64,000 nt of DNA from Octopus vulgaris (Eukaryota). The translations under genes and the position numbers were made by a program. Below are positions 58,130 through 64,000 of the stretch, piece by piece; position 1 is the stretch's first letter, and each line of letters opens with the position of its first letter. Where the stretch lies: positions 2,728,001 through 2,792,000 of the forward strand of contig OX597841.1 in the NCBI GenBank assembly GCA_951406725.2, written 5' to 3'. The notes beneath the pieces are model-generated. The model saw only the letters and a program-made list of their open reading frames with translations. It did not search any database and was not told where the DNA came from.

Positions 58130-58880
58130 TACTGGGTAGGAGTAGGGGTCCACCAAGGATCAGTCCTCAGCCACCTCTTATTTATCATAGTCTTCCAGGA
58201 AATAACAGAGGAATTCAAGACAGGCTGCCCCTGAGAGATCTTTTGTGCTGATGACCTTGCTCCAATAGCTGAGTCACTCCCAGAAGTACCAGTGTAGAAG
58301 TTTCAGGTGTGAAAGCAAGATCTAGAATCGAAGGGCCTTAGAGTCAACCTAGCAAAAGCCAAAGTCTTAGTAAGTAGGAAGGCAGACAAATTCCAAATCC
58401 CTTCAGGTAGATGGCCCTGCTCGATGTGTAGGAAAGGTGCAGGCAGAAACTCCATAAGATGTACCCAGTGTAAGCTTTCGATACATAAGTGGTGCAGTAA
58501 TATCAAAATAAGGTTAACTGGGAAGATGGTTATTGTGTGTGGCAGATGCACAGGGGCAATAAACACTGAAAATGAGCAGAGAACAGCCTCCATCACAAGC
58601 CAGGAGGAAAAACTAGAAGTAGCTAATAGCTTCCATTATCTTGGTGACAAATTTAGCAGTTAGGGTAGGTGCTCTGAGAGCGTAGCTGCTAGAATAAGAA
58701 TAGCCTCGGCAAAGTTCAGAGAGCTCCTGTGTCTGCCGGTAACAAAGGGCCTCTCACTCAGAGTGAAAGGTAGACGGTATGACACGTGTGTGTGAACAGC
58801 TATGCTACATGGCAGAGAAACATGGGCGGTGACTGCCAAGGACATGCATTAGCTTGAAAGAAATGAAGCTCATATGATCT
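58130..58880 (+). mobile_element. RTE reverse-transcriptase fragment in the putative intron of ZNF 55912
   Basis: GVHQGSVLSHLLFIIV and a degenerate (F)CADDL catalytic motif, followed by the same Cys-rich segment as 50620. Confidence 0.85.
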
Positions 58881-59279
58881 AGGAAATCCCAACATGTGTT
58901 CTTTTTGATCTGATACTCTTGTCCCCATCGCTTGGAAAACAATTTCCCCAGAAAGTTCTTCATATAATCGTAATCCATGCCGTTCCGAAGGTATAAACTT
59001 TCATTAAAAGATTCCCGTTTTTCTGAAAGTTATTAGGGGGGAAAATTCGTTCCCATAAATCCCTACATATTCTGAATATACAGCATTTAAGCGATATATT
59101 TTGAAAATTTCGTTTAAAAGTATCCCTTTTTCTCAAAGTTATCCGCCAACAAAGTCAATGGGGTACACATCTGTAGTTATGCCGCTTTCTGACCATTTCA
59201 GTGGTTGGAGTGTATTCCAGACTATTTCTCAAACTAAAACACTACAAACTGACCTGGCAACGAAGGAGATTGTACGAGA

Positions 59280-59575
59280 TAGCTTTCTCCGTTAGAAACA
59301 GCAGCCAAATCCCGCACAAATCAGACTCAAAGAATCGACGCGCGAAAAACCGAAAGTCTACAGAATCAAAAACAACGAATATTTTCCTTGTTTAATACTT
59401 ACGGAAATGTTTCACAAAGGATAGAGTTGTTATATATATATCTATCTGGTAGTTGGAAAATGAATAATAAGTATTATTAGCGTATTAATCAGTTGATTAA
59501 GAGAAATCAAAGCCCAGGACATTCAAACCAGATATCAACGTGAAGAAAGAAGTACGCTCAATGCGCATGCCTAAC
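59280..59575 (-). promoter_or_regulatory. Upstream module of ZNF 55912-57156
   Basis: TGCGCATGC at 59562, ACTTACGG at ~59397, one degenerate monomer at ~59295; acceptor at 57481. Confidence 0.6.
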
Positions 59576-60296
59576 CCTTTCACCAAAATACTGAGAGCAC
59601 CTGCTCTGCTTTACCTCCCTTTAATCAACAGTATACCTATTTCTTTATTATCCACAAGGGGCTAAACACAGAGGGGACAAACAAAGACAGACATAGGTAT
59701 TAAGTCGATTGCATCGACCTCAGTGCGTAACTGGTACTTAATTTATCGACCCCGAAAGGATGAAAGGCAAAGTCGACCTCGGCGGAATTTGAACTCAGAA
59801 CGTAACGACAGACGAAATACCTATTTCTTTACTACCCACAAGGGGCTAAACACAGAAAAGACAAACAAGGACAGACAAACGGATTAAGTCGATTATATCG
59901 ACCCCAGTGGTACACTGGTACTTATTTAATCGACCCCGAAAGGATGAAAGGCAAAGTCGACCTCGACAGACGAAATACCGCTAAGCATTTCGCCGGCCGT
60001 GCTAACGATTCTACCAGTTCGCCACCTGCTGTTAGGAGGTCTTTGTGTGTTTGTGTGAGTATTTATACCTGGCTGTATTGATCATCGTCTCGGATGTTGT
60101 TATACGTCGCTACTCACAATGCCCTTTCTATTTCTCTCTTGATTGGTCCATTCATTGCCAGCTTGGCCCAAATATTTTAACTCATCCGTGGTATCTGCCT
60201 TAAATCATTCTATGAAAATAAGGTATTACCTAGACATGTTTTTCCCTCTCTTTCTGTTTTTGTAGAAATATCCTGTTCATGTTTGAATAAAATACA

Positions 60297-60793
60297 TCTA
60301 TATATATAAAACTCTAGTTGTGTGAGTGTCTGTCCCCTTCGATTTAGATTCCTAACTCCTCCCACATTTTGCGGTGCAGTTTAACCAAATTCGGGTATCT
60401 TATAGTCGTGATTCATATCAAGCCCGTCTGACTATTAGCGCGCGTCAACGATGAGTCTACGATTTTAAAAATAATTTAACATCATTTTTTATTCCATTTT
60501 AATGCATCGTGTGTCGATGGCGGCGGAGTTGGCGTCCACGCCCACAGCTGCACCTGTTTGCTTCTCCCCCTTCCCTCCCTCGTGAAGCTGTGGGGAAGGG
60601 AGTGTAAAGAAATCAACGTCGTAATGCGTTGTGAAGGAAACCAGCGTTCTTTTAGAACAACGACTTCATGGCTTGAAGACACCAAAACAAAAATGGCTAA
60701 GAAAGCCCGAATTTATAAGGGAAGTAACTCTCTAAAAATGCTTATATAGTTATTTCCCTTACAAACCCGAGCAACGCCGGGCGATACTGCTAG
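60297..60793 (+). mobile_element. Non-autonomous Helitron with an extra internal segment
   Basis: A|TCTATATATATAAAA start, body shared with the 31000 element, identical 3' hairpin and CTAG|T. Confidence 0.85.
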
Positions 60794-61513
60794 TATTTTA
60801 TACAAACTACACATGTTCGTATTCTTATGATTACGTGATTGTATGAATGGGTAGCGAACAGCTACAGTATAGCATAGCGGATTTGAAACCGAATCCACGT
60901 TTTTATTAATTCTCAATCAAATTAATGGTATATTGTTCTCTTCTCTCAGCACCTGGCAGTGAATGAGAAGGAATTGACCTCTTAACCTTTTTCTGGTTGC
61001 AGATGGGTCAAAACTAGGGTTGTCAGATCAGTAAATAAGATATATAGGGCACTTGAAATATGTGTTTGTGTATGTATGTATATATATATATATATAATCC
61101 TCCTCCTCATCACCGTCGTTTAACGTCCGTTTTCCATGCTAGCATGGGTTAATATATATATTTATATATATATGTATGTGTATATATATATATTAATGAA
61201 AAGAATTCCAACCTTGTCTGGTTTTCATGTTTTATTTACAATCTTATAATGATATAATATAAGATAATATAATATAAAAAAATAAAATAAAATAATAGAG
61301 TGTTAGATATTCATTGTGATTGAACTAGTACTTTCATGCATTAAAAATTCCAATCTTCAGGTTCACATAGTAGTGGTGACAGTCATACTTCACAATTTTT
61401 GACTGTCGCGAGATGATTAAATCTGTGCCTTATATACAGCTGTGTAGGCTCCAGATTACTAGGTTTTGCAAACTGTATTCTGACCAGTCAGTGTGTAGTA
61501 TCACTCAATTACT

Positions 61514-61588
61514 TATATATTATATATATATATATATACATGTGTGTTTGTGTGTGTATATATATATATATATATATACATGTGTGTT

Positions 61589-61668
<80 letters not shown>

Positions 61669-61690
61669 AATATATATATATATATGCATA
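61514..61690. repeat. Compound (TA)n microsatellite
   Basis: Direct reading. Confidence 0.95.
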
Positions 61691-62349
61691 TATCTTGAGG
61701 TGGTTTGGCTACATGTATGAGGAGCATATGGTAAGGTGGGGTGAAGACAGAGGTGGTAGGCAACAGAACCAGAGGCAGACCTTAGTCTGGGTGGATGGAT
61801 GGAGTGAGGAAAGCTTTGCTGGTTAGCAGTGATGGTGTGAGAGAGTCAAGAGAGTTTATAAATGATAGGAAAGCTTGGAGAGTGTTTGTGGATGGATGAG
61901 TGAATTGATGTTAATAAAAAGGGTAAGGAACCCACATGATAAGGTGGGGATAAACCAGCAAATGCTGTTAGGCCCTGCTGCTGATATTGGGGGTTGCTTT
62001 TTCTCCTTGAGTCAAGCACAGGGTGGGGCTTGCCTCTTTGAGCTGGGAGATGAATGGAATTCCTGGTGTGGGTCTTGTAGTTATTTCTCGTGAGGAATTT
62101 AAGCCTTGTAAAAAGCACCATTTGAGCGTGATCGTTACCAGTGTCGCCTTACTGGCACTTGCGCCGGTGGCATGTAAAAAAAAACAACATTTGGGCGTGG
62201 CTGTTGCTAGTACTGTTTGTGCAATATCATGGCCCCACTGAAAATAAATTATTTACCATAGTGATATGGTGTCTCTCCAGTATGAATACATGTGTGTAGT
62301 TGACGAAGCACTCTTGGAGAATGATTTACCAGATATCACAATGAGACAG

Positions 62350-63594
62350 TCACTTTTCTCCATGGGTACGACAGTGTTTAGTTAAATGATCACTTCTAGA
62401 GAATGATTTACCACAGACATCACAGCAATATGGCTTCTCCTTCGTATGAACACACTTGTGCGAAATCAAGGCACTATTGTCAGAGAATGACTTTCCACAG
62501 ATGTCACAATGATACGGTTTCTCTCCTGTATGAGTACGTATGTGTATCCTTAAGTCACTATTTTGAGAGAATGATTTACCACAGATATCACACTTCCATG
62601 GGTTCTCGCCTGTATGGGTATACTTATGTCTAGTTAAGTGAGTACTCCGAGAGAATGATTTACCACAGATATCACATTGAAATGGCTTCTCCCCTGTATG
62701 AATACGTTTGTGAGTAACTAACGATGAATTACCAGAGAATGATTTACCACAGATATCACAAGGATATGGGTTCTCTCCTGTATGAACACGTTTATGTAAA
62801 GTAAATTGAAAACTTTGAGAGAATGATTTACCACACATATCACAATGATATGGCTTCTCCCCTGTATGAATACGTTTATGTCTAGTTAAGTGACCACTGT
62901 TAGAGAATGATTTACCACAGATGTCACAGCGATATGGCTTCTCTCCTGTATGAATACGCTTGTGAATTCTTAAGGGTTCACTTTTAGAGAATGATTTACC
63001 ACAGATGTCACAGTGATATGGCTTCTCCCCTGTATGAATACGCTTGTGATATGTTAAGGAATAACTTTGAGAGAATGATTTACCACAAATATCACAATGA
63101 TATGGTGTTTCTCCCGTATGAATACGTCTGTGTGAAGTTAGGTTACTCCTCTGAGGGAATGAATTACCACAGATATCACAATGATACGGTTTCTCTCCTG
63201 TATGAATACGTTTGTGATCAGTTAAGTGACCACTGTCAGAGAATGAGTTACCACAGACATCACAATGATATGGTTTCTCACCTGTATGAATACGTATATG
63301 TGTAGCTAAATGACCACTCCGAGAGAATGATTTACCACAGACATCACAGCGATATGGTTTCTCACCTGTATGACTACGTTTGTGTCTAATTATGTAACTA
63401 CTGTAAGTGAAAGATTTACCACAGACCTCACAATGAAACGGTTTCTCTTCTGTATGAATGCGTTTGTGAGAAATTAGCTTACATTTTAGGGAGAAGACCT
63501 TTTTACAGACATCACACTCGTATGACAATTTCCTTCCCTCTTTCGTCATGGGTTCAGAGGAAATCAGTTCTATACCTTTCTCACTCATTTCCAC
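62350..63594 (-). CDS. C2H2 zinc-finger protein, 14 fingers; close paralog of 55912-57156
   Basis: 414-aa ORF. Flanks 62200-64000 match 55775-57565. Confidence 0.93.
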   Translation of the reverse strand: MEMSEKGIELISSEPMTKEGRKLSYECDVCKKVFSLKCKLISHKRIHTEEKPFHCEVCGKSFTYSSYIIRHKRSHTGEKPYRCDVCGKSFSRSGHLATHIRIHTGEKPYHCDVCGNSFSDSGHLTDHKRIHTGEKPYHCDICGNSFPQRSNLTSHRRIHTGETPYHCDICGKSFSQSYSLTYHKRIHTGEKPYHCDICGKSFSKSEPLRIHKRIHTGEKPYRCDICGKSFSNSGHLTRHKRIHTGEKPYHCDMCGKSFSQSFQFTLHKRVHTGENPYPCDICGKSFSGNSSLVTHKRIHTGEKPFQCDICGKSFSRSTHLTRHKYTHTGENPWKCDICGKSFSQNSDLRIHIRTHTGEKPYHCDICGKSFSDNSALISHKCVHTKEKPYCCDVCGKSFSRSDHLTKHCRTHGEK

Positions 63595-64000
63595 TCTTTT
63601 TCCTCACAAATCCCAGTTTAAATATTTTTCCTGCTTTCTTCTTACACTTTATTCCTTACTAATGCTCCTACTACAGCTGTATTTCTGTCCAGGGTTACCT
63701 TTCTCTAGCAGCAATTACATAAATTTATCAAAGTTTCATCAGAACAGGAACCACTCTTCTTCATGCTTCAGTCAGTGATGTTCAGAAATGTTTCACAGGA
63801 ATTCTTCCACAGATTTCTAGAAACAATGCTATACATCTGTCTTGTATAATAATTTCCTTTATTCCTTAAAACATGGTAGATATAGTTTCTTCTGTTATGT
63901 CAAGGTCATCTGATGTCCTGAAATCAGATAGAAACAACAGTGTAAGATGTAGAGGCTACTCAAAAAATACAGATTCATTTCTATTGAGATAAACTGTAGA

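Overview
Eukaryotic, AT-rich, repeat-dense DNA. It is most likely an octopod cephalopod, inferred from the single-exon KRAB-less C2H2 arrays and the SINE/RTE families; this was not verified by search. The window is a cluster of nine tandem C2H2 zinc-finger loci in orientation + + + - + - + - -. Six have long open ORFs with 10-14 fingers, one has ~25 fingers with a 5' frameshift, and two are disrupted. The first ~19.5 kb is a recent tandem segmental amplification with 5.5-7.3 kb units. Wherever the upstream region lies inside the window, the genes share one cassette: an NRF1-like GCGCATGCG site, a putative short non-coding exon with a GTAAGT donor, a ~50-52 bp intronic monomer present in 2 to ~25 copies, a conserved TTTCAG acceptor and one coding exon. 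Intergenic DNA is filled with RTE and CR1-like LINE fragments, tRNA-derived SINEs, Helitrons, MITEs (Merlin-like, Tc1/mariner, piggyBac-like), a mariner transposase relic, TE-derived tandem arrays and long hairpins. No prokaryotic genes, CRISPR array, rRNA or true tRNA were seen.
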